From Octopus vulgaris (lineage: Eukaryota): DNA of 64,000 nt. How positions within the stretch are numbered: position 1 is the first letter of the stretch; the number at the start of each line of letters is the position of its first letter. The stretch spans positions 84,444,001-84,508,000 of the forward strand of contig OX597817.1 in NCBI GenBank assembly GCA_951406725.2, read 5' to 3'. The position numbers and the translations under genes are program-made. Of the stretch, positions 1 to 13,950 are shown in pieces. Under the pieces are notes generated by a model. That model saw only the letters and a program-made list of their open reading frames with translations, did not search any database and was not told where the DNA came from.

Positions 1-642
1 TGTTTGGCTCGTGAAATTCAGATCTTATTTGATTACGAGGTAAACTTTAACGCATCTTCATCAGGTCACCTTATTTCTAGACAAAGGTGACGATATTATT
101 TCGTGATATACAGTATGCGACTTTTTTGAAACTGAAATGCAAGTATCTCCTTTAGAAACAAAATGCATAGTAACTATAAAAAATTAATACAGATTTTGTT
201 AGATTAGCAAAAAGCTACTCATTTCAAGGAAAAAGTATCATCGTTCGCATCGTATTTAGTATTTACTTGATCGACTCTGGAAGGATGAAATTCAAAACCG
301 TTCCACAAGCTATACGAATTCAGAAAGAAGAGAGATGAAAATACATTCTAGTTACGCTTTTAGTCCGGCTATTTCATTGCGCTGATTACTATGAGAATAA
401 AAATTGGTTATCATATGGCTGGAAGAAAAACATAAGTTGCGTATCTGCACCGAAAAATAAGTAATTACATTCATGTTCGTTTAGTTTAAAATAGGGCTTC
501 CACAAAACTTGGAAGAGATTGCAATTAATTTTTTGTAATAATATGATATATCTTTGTAATAAATGATATTATCGGAGTTTTTTATGGTATTAATAGTTTA
601 TTAATAGTTTTATTAAGGTTGGTTTTTTTTATGTTTCAGACA

Positions 643-1640
643 ATGGTTACTCCATATGAAAAAACACAATGTGTGTTTTGGTTTATCGGATATTAAAACA
701 CGAAGGAATTACACAGCTAAATATGGAAAACAAGCTCCAGCATATCAGTCGGCTCGCAACTGGTATAAGCAATTTATAGAAATGATGACAGTGCTACAAA
801 AAGCGAGGACTTAAGGGCCAAGAGCATTTGAAGATATGAGTATATCCGCCAGTCATTTCAACGTTCCGCATCTAAGTCCATCTGCACTGCTTCCACGCAA
901 CTACCGAGATCAGCAATTCATAAAGTGCTCTATTAAGAAGCTGAAGCTTTATGCATAGACAATTCAGTTATTTCAAGCGATTAAGGTAAATGACAAATCG
1001 CAACGAAAAGAATTTGCTGTTACAATTCTGAAAAAAATCAAAGATGACTTCCATAATCGCATTTACTTTACGAATGAAGCAACCTTCTCTATGTCCGGAA
1101 AATTTAACAAGCATAACGCAAAAATCTGGAAATCGAATAATCCCCACATTAAAAGGGAAATTGAACGTGGCAGCCTGAAGGTCAATGTGTGGTGCAGAAT
1201 TTTGTGCTACAAAGTTATTTGTCCATTTTTCCTTTTGGCGAAGACAATAATCGCTGTTTTTTGGACCAAGTTCTAAGAGACTACGTCATGCCACAGGTAA
1301 AGCTCCATCCAAATGTCATACTTCAGAAAGGTGGAGCGCCACCTCATTGGAGAGTAAACGCCCGCGGATTTTTAAATGAACGGTTTCCAGATCACTTGAT
1401 AGGAAGAGATGGCCCGATTTCTTGCCCCCTCCCCACCGCATTCCTCAGATATAGCACTCGTGAACTTTTTTCTTGCAAGATATCCTGTACCGCACTAAAG
1501 TAAAGGCCTTGGATGACCTGAAGCAAAGTATAAATGCTGCCATTGCGACTATTGATGAAAAACATATGTTAAGAAGGGCATAGACAGAAATTGAATGTTA
1601 CTTAGATGTCCTTCGTGCAACGAATGGTGCACCATATAGA
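643..1640 (+). pseudogene. Degraded Tc1/mariner-superfamily transposase (DUF4817-HTH/rosa-like type)
   Basis: ATG at 643 reads MVTPYEKTQCVFWF. Later fragments KVNVWC and QKGGAPPHWRVNARGFLNERFPDHLIGRDGPISCP match the QQDGAPPH...FPDRWIGR...WPPRSPD motif. Many stops and frameshifts. Probable right TIR end acaccctg|ta near 2490-2499. Confidence 0.8.
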
Positions 1641-1653
1641 ACTTTACGAAATA

Positions 1654-2204
1654 CGAGAAAAACGCCCCCCCCCCCCGTCCAATGGACGGTGCTGAGTTGT
1701 CAAACATTTAAAACTAATTTTTTTCAAAACAACTTGTCCGACCGTCCCATAGGTCTCCCCTTTGAGAAACACTGATTTAACCTAAATTTGAGACGCCAGC
1801 AAAGGAAGAAATAAAGATAGACTTTTTTCTATTCCAAAGAAAAACGATTTTATTCACACAAATATGCAACCGAAGAGTTTAAAGTACCAGTAATGATAAG
1901 GCTGCTGACTGGGAGAACACAAACATGGTTTAAACAGTAAGCTTGGCAGGAAAGAAACGTGCCTTTAAGCAGTACAAAAGCATGGAAGGTGCAGTTATGT
2001 ACAAGTTGACAGAAGAAAAGCAGGACAAAAGCGGCTTTATCGATCGTATTCTCACCTGGAATAGATTTTTGTAATTGTTTCAAGACTTATGCACGCCCTG
2101 ATACCGTCGGTATCTACATATCAAATTTGAGCGCAATCGGATGGAGGATGCCCGAGATCCAAGAAGACACACACACACACACAGAACGGATTTTATATAA
2201 GAGA
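1654..2204 (-). mobile_element. Non-autonomous Helitron-like element, copy 1
   Basis: Minus strand starts A|TC, carries a (GT)n near the 5' end, and ends with hairpin ccgtcca-a-tggacgg then CTCG|T. Both ends are shared with the inverted copy at 2760-3138. Confidence 0.6.
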
Positions 2205-2218
2205 TTTGTATATAACTA

Positions 2219-2416
2219 GCACTCCGTTGGTTTCAACGACGATGGTTCCAGTTGATCTGATCAGCGGAACAGCTTGCTCGTGAAATTAACGTACGAGTAG
2301 CTGAACACTCCGCAGACACGTGTACTCTTAACGTAGTTTTCAGGGGCGTTCAGCGTGACAAGGCTGGCCCTTTGACATGCAGGCACTACTCATTTTGCCA
2401 GCTGAGTAGGCTGGAG
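2219..2416 (-). mobile_element. SINE fragment (3' part)
   Basis: Shares ctccag..actcagctggcaaaa(a)tgagta with the tRNA-headed SINE at 16977-17239. Confidence 0.55.
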
Positions 2417-2614
2417 TGTAAATATTTCAACAGTATCCAGTTTTCATTGTAAATTTAATGATTTTCTATTTGTCTAATGACTTTGTAGACACCCTGTATA
2501 TTTTGTGCGTGTATTCGTGTGTGTATGTGTGTGTGTGTGTGTGCGCGCGCACGCTAGATAGATAGATGGATAGATAGATATGCATACATATATATATATG
2601 TGTATATATGTGTG

Positions 2615-2652
<38 letters not shown>

Positions 2653-2715
2653 CTAGCAGTATATTGGATATATATTATCCCATGGAGGGTTGCATTTACA
2701 ACCCCTATCTCAATT

Positions 2716-2759
<44 letters not shown>

Positions 2760-2765
<6 letters not shown>

Positions 2766-3138
2766 CCGTTCTGTCTGTGTGTGTATGTGTGTCTTCTAGG
2801 ATCTCGGGCATCCTCCATCCGATTGCGCTCAAATTTGATATGTAGATACCGACGGTATCAGGGCGTATATAATTCTTGAAAAAATTACAAAAATCGATTC
2901 CAGGTGAGAATGTGATTGATAAGGCTGTGAGAACGTGCATTTGTACGCGCAAGTACATCAGCTGTTGCGATCGATACTACGCGTACGCGAGAAAAATGCA
3001 CGTGCAGTTCGCGCAAAAAAAGCCGGCTGGCTTGAAATAATGCCACAGATTGGGACGGTCGGACAAGTTGTTTTGAGAAAATTTGGTTTAAATGTTGACA
3101 ACTCAGCACCGTCCATTAGACAGAGGGCGTTTTGCTCG
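2760..3138 (+). mobile_element. Non-autonomous Helitron-like element, copy 2 (inverted relative to copy 1)
   Basis: 2760-2925 is the reverse complement of ~2035-2195, and 3050-3138 of ~1654-1750. The middles differ. Confidence 0.6.
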
Positions 3139-3238
<100 letters not shown>

Positions 3239-3336
3239 TTCAGCAAAACAATTTAGATTCAAATGAATATGGTACTTAATTTAGATGCACCAGAATTTTT
3301 TATGGTATTACCCATAAAATTATGTGGGGTAATTAT

Positions 3337-4236
3337 AACCAAAAAATAAGCAACAAGAATGGATCCAGTAATTTAGTACAATTGTTTCATACTATAACAA
3401 TTTATTAAAGCTGCAAATATTACAGCAAATATAATATGTCAAGGTTTTCCAATAATGTTAAGTTCTCAAATCAATTAGTAACATCTTAGAGAGTGTAAAT
3501 ATACCGATAAAGTTGTAGATGTGATAACCTAAGCCGATAACCTAAGACCCTCTTATAGTTTTCCTTACATCTTCCTTTCTCCTACTATAAATTCTGATGG
3601 CTTTCATTTGAAAGCAAGGTGTAGTCAACCTTAAGAATTTAACATTCCTTTTACACTGACCTAGAATTTTCTCTCACCATAGAAATAGACTGACCCTTCT
3701 TTTTAGTGTCAATCTGTCTTTGTTCCTTTTACACCCCCAACATTTTTTTCTCCTTCTGTTCTTTTCTCCAGCTAATCGGCTTCCTTAACCTACCCTACTA
3801 CCATTCCTACCACTAAATAAATTTTTTCTTGCAACAGTTAGATGCGAACTTAATCTTGGTCTGACTGGCATCTTTCTTTATGTTTCCTGAAATTCATATC
3901 CAAAACTTTATCGGTATATTTACCTTCTCTGGGATGCCACTAATTAATTTGAGAACTTTACAATGCTGGAAAGCATATATGAACTCAATCTTGGTTTGCT
4001 TGGCATCTTGCTTCAAGTTCCTGAAACTCACATCTACAACTTTATCAGTATATTTACACTCTCTAAGATGTTACTAATTGATTTGAGAACTTTACATTAT
4101 TGGAAAACGTATATGAAATTGGCTGAAGATTACTTGACATATATTTGCTGTAATATTTGCAGCTTTAATAAATTGTTATAGTATGAAACAATTGTACTAA
4201 ATTACCGGATCCATTCTTGTTGCTTATTTTTTGGTT
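3337..4236. repeat. Inverted-repeat unit between (TA)n tracts, with an internal ~135 bp tandem duplication and a hammerhead
   Basis: 3337-3523 is the reverse complement of 4029-4236 apart from a ~24 nt deletion. ~3842-3976 and ~3977-4115 are diverged tandem copies. Confidence 0.85.
4119..4200 (+). ncRNA. Type I hammerhead ribozyme motif
   Basis: ttgg CTGAAGA ttact...agtat GAAA c aatt g TA ctaa. Stem I ttgg/ctaa, palindromic stem III acaattgt, GUA site at 4194-4196. First stem II pair is mismatched. Confidence 0.65.
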
Positions 4237-4237
4237 T

Positions 4238-4281
<44 letters not shown>

Positions 4282-5149
4282 TCTTTGAACTTCTCTGCTT
4301 TAAGATCTCAAATGTAAGATCTCTTCCCTGAAGGCGGAGGCTTGTCTCGTCCTATGTTAAATACGGCTGCATTCTCTGGTGGAATTTAGCTACAAACATT
4401 ATTATGGATCGTCGAGCCCCCAGAAACAGCTTTTAGATTTATAATACCTTTCTTCCACCCCTTTAATTTTCTGTATCATTTGAACTCTGTGTAAATTGGA
4501 CCTTTTTATATGTATACATTTATACATATTTTGTATTTCATGTATTTAATATACTTTATATATTGATCTGCCCAATTTGCTTATCCCCATATTTGCTTCT
4601 GTATATACACACATACATATCATTCATATAAAATATTTTATATAGATGTTGGTAAGGGTGTATTTGTGGTGGAATGGCGCGCCGACATCTAATGGGTGGA
4701 GATGCCCCGACAGCTTCGCAACGCTGCCTCCTATCACCTCCTGCTCCCCAAACTCACACCCGCCTCCAACAGCATATGTCTTCTAATATCCATGAACTCC
4801 TCTCCTCCTGTTCCCTTCCTTCACTGCCTAAATACCACCTATTTCTTTTTCAAAATTCATAGTCACCTTCCTACAGTCCTCTCGATAGTCACCTTCTGTA
4901 ACTGCCCGACCGAACTCAACATCCAAATACCTAGATCTCATCCTTTCACCTTCAGATATTTTTCTCCCATTTTGGAGCCAAATCATGCCTTAGAACCCGC
5001 CTTCTCTTCCCCATGGACATTAAATTCCTCTACATTGTCATCCTGCCCCCTAACGATGGTCCATAGCTCCACTAATACTTGCATCATCCTTCAACCCAGT
5101 ACGCACACCGTTTCCTGCTTATCCGAACTTGTGCTCGACATCTATCTGT

Positions 5150-6271
5150 GATCGCTATGAAAACGAGAATGGTCCCTAACTATGTCGACCTGTTCGTTGA
5201 CTAAGCCGAGGTCCAAATTTTATCATATTTCACCCGTCGCTTTATAAAAAAGAGTATCACCTTCATCTCCAGCGAACAACCATACACTTTCATCTCATTT
5301 GTCATCTTACTTCAACTGTTCCCTGAAATTCATCTCAGAAACATCTATTAACTACCTCGACATAAATATCTCTAGCAATCACATCGATCACACAACACTC
5401 CACTACTTCCTATAGATCCACTGACTCACTTTTGTCTTGATTTTTATCCTTCTACTCTTTCTACGTTAATCAGGCCCTCCTTTACTCTCAATTTCTGTGA
5501 TTCCGCCGTCTGTGTAACCGCGACTAAAACTTTGACATCAAGTCACAACATACAACCTGTATTTTCATGCACCCTACCCCAAGGCGTCGTAGCCCGCCAA
5601 ATTAAGCGCACCACTACCCCTTCCTATGCAGCCTCTTTACTCCCAACCACATCCTCTTCCCTCTCCTTTTGCACCTTACCCCTGCTTCCTCCTGCTTCCT
5701 CAAATATGATGCTACCACCCTTCCCCTTCTTCATGATTCACCCCTCCACTCATTCAAGCGCGCCTGTATCCTCTGGGACTGACTTGTCCGAAGCATCCAC
5801 TTTCCCTCCTTTCCTCCTTCCCCTTATTCGCGGTTCCATTGTCATACCTATTTCTTTAATACCCGCAAGGGGCTAAATACAGAGAGGACAAACAAGGAGA
5901 GACAAATGGATTAAGTCGATTATATCGACCCCAGTGCGTAACTGGTACTCATTTTATCGACCCCGAAAGGATGAAAGGCAAAGTCGACCTCGGCGGAATT
6001 TGAACTCAGAACGTAGCGGTAGACGAAATACCACAAAGCATTTCGCCCTGCGTGCTAACGCTTCTGTCAGCTCGCCGCCTTTGTCATACCTGTCGGTTCC
6101 TCACCATCACCACCTCCCTCACAAAACCCAACCACCGAACCTTCCACATTTCTGATTGCTTCACCTGTACTATCTACTGCTTAAATTACCCTCGCTGTGA
6201 CACCTTGTACACCGGTTAAACCAACTGCTTCACTGATCATCTTCGAGTCATCCAACTTAGCAACCAGACAC

Positions 6272-6317
<46 letters not shown>

Positions 6318-6535
6318 CTCTCTCTCTCTCCCCTCTCTCTCTCCCTCTCTCTCTCTCCTCTCTCTCTCCCCCTCTCTCTTTATCTCTCTCTCTCATTGCT
6401 CCCCTCGACAAGACATGCCAAAATGTTTAGCTTAGCATTACATAAAAGCTACAATAAGTCTAGATTTCATAGACAGCTGCGTTTGATTTTTCTCTCTGAA
6501 TCTACACCACCTTAGGCCTCAGTTCACTACTCACT
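5150..6535 (+). pseudogene. Highly degraded Penelope-like RT/endonuclease relic, interrupted by a SINE and (CT)n
   Basis: Fragments GPNYVDLFV (5171, cf. MGPxYAxLF), YLDINI (~5353) and YSQFL*FRRLC (~5483, cf. PYSQFLRLRRICS). Confidence 0.55.
5849..6080 (-). mobile_element. tRNA-derived SINE family A, full copy
   Basis: Minus strand has a head ggcggcgagctgacagaagcgttagc, B-box-like gagttcaaattcc, and central gcctttcatcctttcggggtcgataaaatgagtacc. Repeated at least 4 more times in the window. Confidence 0.85.
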
Positions 6536-6741
6536 TTCTCCAAACAACTTCAACACACGCATACTGCACACACACTAACACACACCTCACACATTCACAC
6601 ACACGCACACACACTAACACACACCTCACACATTCACACACACGCACGCACACATACACACAGCAATACTGGTATCAAGATGTACATGAACACGCGCACG
6701 CTCCTCAAATATAAACACATAGATCTGTATATATAGCAGAC

Positions 6742-6794
<53 letters not shown>

Positions 6795-7410
6795 ACACAC
6801 ACTAACACCAGCCCACTTATAGCTTGTTCTTTTCTCATTTCCCCCCAAAAAATGTTGTTTATATGAAAGTTCAAAGGAAAAGATATTTGTGTGTTCATAC
6901 TTTTACACAAACGACATTTACAAATACCGTACATTATAAGAATATTGAGTTTTAACAACTGGCTATTAGTCCTGCTATTGAGAAACAGAACTAATAGCCT
7001 CAGTATGGGTGTGCCTATGCGTGTGTATGTGTTCTTTGTGTTTTCCTCCTCGCTACCTTGGAATAGGAGTTGATTTGTTTATCTCCATAACTTAGCAATT
7101 CAGCAAAAAGTGTTCGATATAAGTAGCATACGATTGTATAATATGTCTATGTAGCTAAATACGAATATATTTGTATCAATGTATTTGTATATATTTGTAT
7201 ATATTTATAAATATGCTTATATGTATGTGTTGATAAATTTCTGCATAATTTTATCAATATACATATATTTGTATATTTATGTGCGTGTGTGTATATGTAT
7301 ATATATATATATATGTATGCATGTATACATGTGGAGCGCCATACTAATACAATTGTTTGTTTGTATTCCACCTGCCTTCGTCTTTTGTTTATTTTCATAA
7401 AGCTTCCCGT

Positions 7411-7441
<31 letters not shown>

Positions 7442-7575
7442 GTATACATGTGTGTATATATATATATATATATATAGTTAATCCAAACATGAACAAAGAG
7501 AAAACACAACAACGCGAGCACGTGGAACAAGTATAGTGTTATTGGACGTTCAGGAATGGAAAGAAAGAAGGAGGA

Positions 7576-7608
7576 TTTAACGTTTCGAGCGGAGCTCTTC
7601 GTCAGAAA
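7576..7608 (-). ncRNA. Minimal hammerhead ribozyme motif (Penelope type)
   Basis: Minus strand ttt CTGACGA a gagc tcc gctc GAAA cgt TA aa. Palindromic aacgtt stem III, very short stem I. Confidence 0.6.
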
Positions 7609-8087
7609 CATAGAAAAAGGAAAGGTCCAAGGAAGGGAAGTTGGAGATAGATGCAGTATTCTGTGTTCTAACATCACGCCTACGTTGTGTTGGGGATAAA
7701 GATTGCTTTTTGGTATTAATAATGTTTCTATCGCTATTAATTATTTTTAATAAGCCCACTGATTATTTGCGACATCGATACCTGAATAGCCAGTAATAGT
7801 CTATATATCGTTGACGTGAGTTTCAGCAGTTATGACGCTACTGGATGTCCGTCACTGAAGAGCCCAAAATAAGTCAAAATCAAGTGATCTGGCAGTTCCA
7901 GCTACTGTGGTAGACAGTTCTCGTCTGTCAACAATATAGATACTGGCGCTTTGATGCACGACGAGTCCATATGAGAGGTTCTCTCCAAGTAAATAACGCA
8001 GTATTCTACTTTCTAACATGTCGCCCATGTTACGCTGACGATAAAGATTGCCTTTTGATGTTAATAATGCTCATCTCGCTGTTAATG

Positions 8088-8139
<52 letters not shown>

Positions 8140-8374
8140 ATTATGTATGCATGTATGTATATATGTATCTCTTTTATTCTTTTACTTGTTTCAGTCATTT
8201 GACTGTGGCCATGCTGGAGCACCGCCTTTAGTTGAGAAAATCGACCCCAGGACTTATTCTTTGTAAGTCTAGTTCTTATTCTATCGGTCTCTTTTGCCGA
8301 ACCACTAAGTTACGGGGACGTAAACACACCAGCATCGGCTGTCAAGCGATGTTGGTGAGGGCAAACACAGACAC

Positions 8375-9061
<687 letters not shown>

Positions 9062-10329
9062 ATACGACGAGCTTCTTTTCAGTTCCCGTCTACCAAATCC
9101 ACTCACAAGACTTTGGTCGGCCCGAGGCTATATTAGAAGACATTTGCCCAAGGTACCACGCAGTGGGGCTGAAGCCGGAACCATGTGGTTCGTAAGCAAG
9201 CTACTTACCACACAGCCACTCCTACGCTTATGTATGTATATAAATAATTAGAAAATGGAAAAACCACAGATTAACCAACACATGGATTGGACCACGTTTA
9301 TAGCTTATACAAAGCATGACATAACACAATAGGCGACGTAATATATCTTACGGCCGTTACTGATCGGATTGCCAAAATGCAGTCTATACATAAGTGCGAG
9401 AATAAAATTCTTCATCTTCATACGGCATTCGAATTAAGGTAGCGGATTTTTATCAGAGTGAAAAACAAGAGCATACAATATATAAAAAAAGAAGAAAAAA
9501 GAAAAGTAAAGAAAATATGACTTTGATAAGTATTCTAGAAGCCTAATATGTTAAGAGCAAATAATTATTTACCATCAGGGTCGGTAGGTAAAAGAGTAAG
9601 TTAGTAAAGGTCTAGGGAGTATAACGGGTAGGTGCAATTTAAAGGTGAGGTCAGGGCGTTTAAAAAAAGAAGTTATCAAGAAACTATATATGAGGAAAAT
9701 ACTAACATGATTACCAAAGGACAGTACCCATGCTAACGGAGTAAACAATTATCGTAGGGTGCTAAAGAAAAAATTTACTCACAGAAATTATTACCGAGAA
9801 TCCCACCTACGATCCACAATGGGACAAGTCTAAGTCCAGCGGGATCACAAGTTAAAACCGTTACAAAGGATTTTTTATAAAATAAAGAAGAAAAAAGATG
9901 CGGTGGATAAGTCAATGCATAGATATTGAAGGCCGTTTATGTCCTTCAGCATCTTAACGTTATAACATGCATGCGGGAAGAACTAGAGAATCTACCGGTT
10001 AGTGGTTAAGGGGAGGCATCTAGTACTGGTAATTCAGCGGATAGATAAACACTGCTAGGGAATGAAATTGGGCTAAACCTCGTATATATTGAATTGTAGT
10101 AATAATTAGGTATATACAGGTATGTAAGCAAAATCCATCCCATAGGTGGTCTACAATGCACAAATAAAATGGCTCTTACAACAAGGCAGATAATATTTAA
10201 AGCCAAGTCACATACTAAAGTAATATCAAATAATGAAACTCTGTTGTTATCTGCACTCTACGTGTATGGTATGCCTGCACTCCATTTTCCGGTGATAATA
10301 CAGTTAATGAATACCGATAGTATATACGG

Positions 10330-10760
10330 ATATTATATCCCTTAGTCGGTTACTCTAATCTGTAACTCTGTTTCTCCTTGTTTGTGTTACTGTTATTCTC
10401 CGTTGTCCTGTTTATATTTTGTACTGTCGTTACTGTCCTGTTTTTGTTACCATTTTTACCCCATATTTAATTTGATTTCCGCGGGAAGGAAAATTTCATT
10501 GAAGTCATGTATTGCCTGACCTTCGAAACGTGGAGTAGATGAAATTATGGCGACTGAAGAAGGGGAATTTTCCTTGTTTGTATGTCCTGTGCTCTATCTT
10601 TTCGTTGTTTAAAAAAATGTCCATTTCCTCGGTTTTGTGTTTATGTTTTCGTTTCTCATTGTGTTCGACGTTTTTTTGGTGTCCTGTACCCATATATGCA
10701 TGTATATATACATGTAGAGGTAGGTACGTACATATATGTATGTATATATGCATATGTTTT
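10330..10760 (+). repeat. Interspersed ~430 bp TA-associated repeat family
   Basis: Similar to 36130-36600 (+) and 23060-23400 (-). Shared ccttcgaa...gtaga.gaaa...actgaagaagggga and tgttcgacgt...tgtcc.gta. Confidence 0.75.
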
Positions 10761-10765
10761 ATTTA

Positions 10766-10806
<41 letters not shown>

Positions 10807-10843
10807 CTATGTATGTATGTATATATATGTATGTATGTATCTG

Positions 10844-10874
<31 letters not shown>

Positions 10875-11458
10875 TTACATGTATATATATATCATATGTA
10901 TATATATATATATATATTTGAAAACATACCCGTCCGATATCTGTAACATCGGACAAACCATGCCAGACACCCAGTACTAGCGAATCCAAAAATACGAATG
11001 AGATCTATTATTCTCCCTGTCCGCCCACGTGAGTCATAGAGCATTCCATTTCTACAGAGGTAAAAACTGCAGTTCAAATTCTTGGAGAGAAAGTTTTATA
11101 TTGTTATGAAATGAAAAAAGGGGGTCGAATTAATTAATTATTAATAAATTCGCCCAAGCAGTATTCGGTATGTAAAGACCATTTACGGTATGAATTTATT
11201 AATAATTAATTAATTCGACCCCCTTTTTTCATTTCATAACAATATAAAACTTTCTCTCCAAGAATTTGAACTGCAGTTTTTACCTCTGTAGAAATGGAAT
11301 GCTCTATGACTCACGTGGGCGGACAGGGAGAATAATAGATCTCATTCGTATTTTTGGATTCGCTAGTACTGGGTGTCTGGCATGGTTTGTCCGATGTTAC
11401 AGATATCGGACGGGTATGTTTGATTCTTAGTATTTTCAAATCTAAATCAGAAGAAATC

Positions 11459-11520
11459 TCTGAGCTGATGAAGGAAAAGTGGCGTTTTACCCACAAATCC
11501 AGAAACAGACTGTCCTCGGG
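11459..11520 (+). ncRNA. Type I hammerhead ribozyme motif, copy 1
   Basis: tctgag CTGATGA a gga..gtgg..ccac..tcc a GAAA ca gac tg TC ctcggg. GUC site at 11512-11514. A-A mismatch at the base of stem II. Confidence 0.7.
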
Positions 11521-12025
11521 TATCGTATATGGATGTGATCTTTCATTGTTTTTCCCTTATTCCTATGTGAGTTATTTTTCTGAGTATGCATTGTCTGGAG
11601 ACTTTTATTTGCAGTTGAAGAAATAGCCAAATTTTTGGCTGCTATTTCTGAAAAGTTCGGTGTGTGGTAAAGTGAATTCTTTTACTTTACCATATTTTTA
11701 TAAATTAATACTTCAAATATACCGTAAATGGTCTTTACATACCGAATACTGCTTGGGCGAATTTATTAATAATTAATTAATTCGACCCCCTTTTTTCATT
11801 TCATAACAATATAAAACTTTCTCTCCAAGAATTTGAACTGCAGTTTTTACCTCTGTAGAAATGGAATGCTCTATGACTCACGTGGGCGGACAGGGAGAAT
11901 AATAGATCTCATTCGTATTTTTGGATTCGCTAGTACTGGGTGTCTGGCATGGTTTGTCCGATGTTACAGATATCGGACGGGTATGTTTGATTCTTAGTAT
12001 TTTCAAATCTAAATCAGAAGAAATC

Positions 12026-12087
12026 TCTGAGCTGATGAAGGAAAAGTGGCGTTTTACCCACAAATCCAGAAACAGACTGTCCTCGGG
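12026..12087 (+). ncRNA. Type I hammerhead ribozyme motif, copy 2
   Basis: Identical to 11459-11520, 567 bp downstream. Confidence 0.7.
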
Positions 12088-12271
12088 TATCGTATATGGA
12101 TGTGATCTTTCATTGTTTTTCCCTTATTCCTATGTGAGTTATTTTTCTGAGTATGCATTGTCTGGAGACTTTTATTTGCAGTTGAAGAAATAGCCAAATT
12201 TTTGGCTGCTATTTCTGAAAAGTTCGGTGTGTGGTAAAGTGAATTCTTTTACTTTACCATATTTTTATAAA

Positions 12272-12346
<75 letters not shown>

Positions 12347-12499
12347 GTATGCATGTGTATACGAATGTATGCATGCATGTATGTAAGTTTGCATGTATGT
12401 GTGTATGTATGTATTATGCATGTATGTATAATTATAAGCTTGCACTAAAATCGTTTCGACCTCATTTCATAATGAACTGGTATTTGGTTTTGACAAGGA

Positions 12500-13950
12500 A
12501 GAAATGGTAAGAATGTAAGTTGGATTCTTTAAAACGACAGCTCAACTAAAGCTGTCATTTGAATTTTATCAACAAATTATGAAAGCTGAAGAAGGCAATG
12601 CTTTAAGAATGCTAAGAGAAACTCTGAACACTTGAACGAAAATCTAGAGTAGAGTAAGACACTCGGAAGAAGTCTGGTACTGAGATAGTTGTTAAAGTAC
12701 TTATTGACAATGTTATGGTAGGAGTTAAAATATTTCATTGATTCGTATTGAAAAAATTAATTCACACATGGCCAAATATGTAAATATTCTTGAAAGATAG
12801 CAATGCAAGAACTGTGCTTTTGAATTTGTTGAATAAATCAGTGTTGAAAGAGAAGTAATAGATGAATTGAAGAAATCTGCTTCCGCAAATTGATCGTAGC
12901 TGAAAGTAAAGATATTGCTATCCAAAACAAATCTAGTACTGTATGTCAAATGCAGACTACAAAATGGAATCATTTAGAAAGCTGTATTTGTTGGCATTTT
13001 GAAGTTAACTGCTACTGACAAAAATCAGCATTGTATTGGCAGTAAAGAATTTTTACATCCACAACAATCTTGACTTTCAAACGATGGAAATGCTAACATG
13101 AGATGGTGCACGAGTTATGATGAGAAAAATAATGAGTTAGCAGCAATTCTAAAAGAATTATAACGTCTATTACAGAAGTGATGCTTCCGCTGAGAAAATT
13201 TGAGGCTGGATGGTGCATAAAAACTTTAGAAACTCTGTTACAGTGTATACAATGTTAAACTGGTAAAATTACAAAAGGAAAGTCTACAGAATTAGAGTTA
13301 CAGGGTATGTTGCGTTATTATTTAGATCTCTGAATACTTTAAGGAAATTTTGCGATAGCTTTAAAGAAATTTTGCTATAGTGCTCTAATGAGAAATTATG
13401 CCTGATCCACTGAATAGAATTTCATTGGTTATTCTTAATGAGATTTCGATTACCTTGTTTGAACACAGAATTGCACAACGTCAAGATAAATAGAAGCAAA
13501 TGAAGATTACAATATTTTGGTGAGTTTACTGGAATGAAAAATTGAAAGCGCTTCTTGTCTCTGATTCGGATTTGGGTACGAACTCAATTGTTACATTTAG
13601 AGAAAATTCATGATTTCATTTAAAAGTTGAGTTAATAGGACCCGAATATTCCGGTTTCCATGGTAGCCAGAGAAGCTAAATGTAATACAAAAGTACTTAG
13701 TAAGAAATAAATATAAATATTGCTACAAAAATATTCCAAGAGTAATTGAATTAAAATTGCATTTTACAAGTAGCTTGAATCATTTATTGATGTCATATTG
13801 TTTACATAGAAGCATATGATATGTCAACTGTTATTGATATCTATGTTACATTGCAAGCTTTTAGTGCTGACTGTGGATTCAGTCCTATGACTCAGTTAAA
13901 ACTAAATCATGAAACAGATTTGAGATGTTTTACTTAAATGATCTGATGTT
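12500..13950 (+). pseudogene. Degraded hAT transposase (ZNF862-like type)
   Basis: LIVAESKDIAIQNK / LVLYVK at ~12890-12950 (cf. DESTD), DGNANM at ~13083 (cf. DGASVM), and SADCGFSPMTQ / KTK..NRF at ~13863-13922 (cf. ERGFSxMNxIKTxxRNRL dimerisation motif). Confidence 0.6.

Larger units (their letters stand above)
10922..12277. mobile_element. Inverted plus tandem pseudo-LTR-like array (567 bp period) with two hammerheads, between (TA)n tracts
   Basis: 11192-11710 and 11759-12277 are apparently identical 519 bp direct repeats. 10922-11191 is the reverse complement of 11719-11988. Confidence 0.85.

Noticed and set aside
4674-5151. 151 aa ORF
   Set aside because: Ser/Pro/Leu-rich frame from CT-biased decayed retroelement sequence with no motifs.
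9340-9430. Minus-strand tgaagatg...cagtaacggccgta
   Set aside because: Both core boxes are altered; too degenerate to call.
11354-12193. Duplicated 90 aa and 61 aa ORFs
   Set aside because: They arise from the tandem/inverted repeat, start at non-AUG codons and show no domain.
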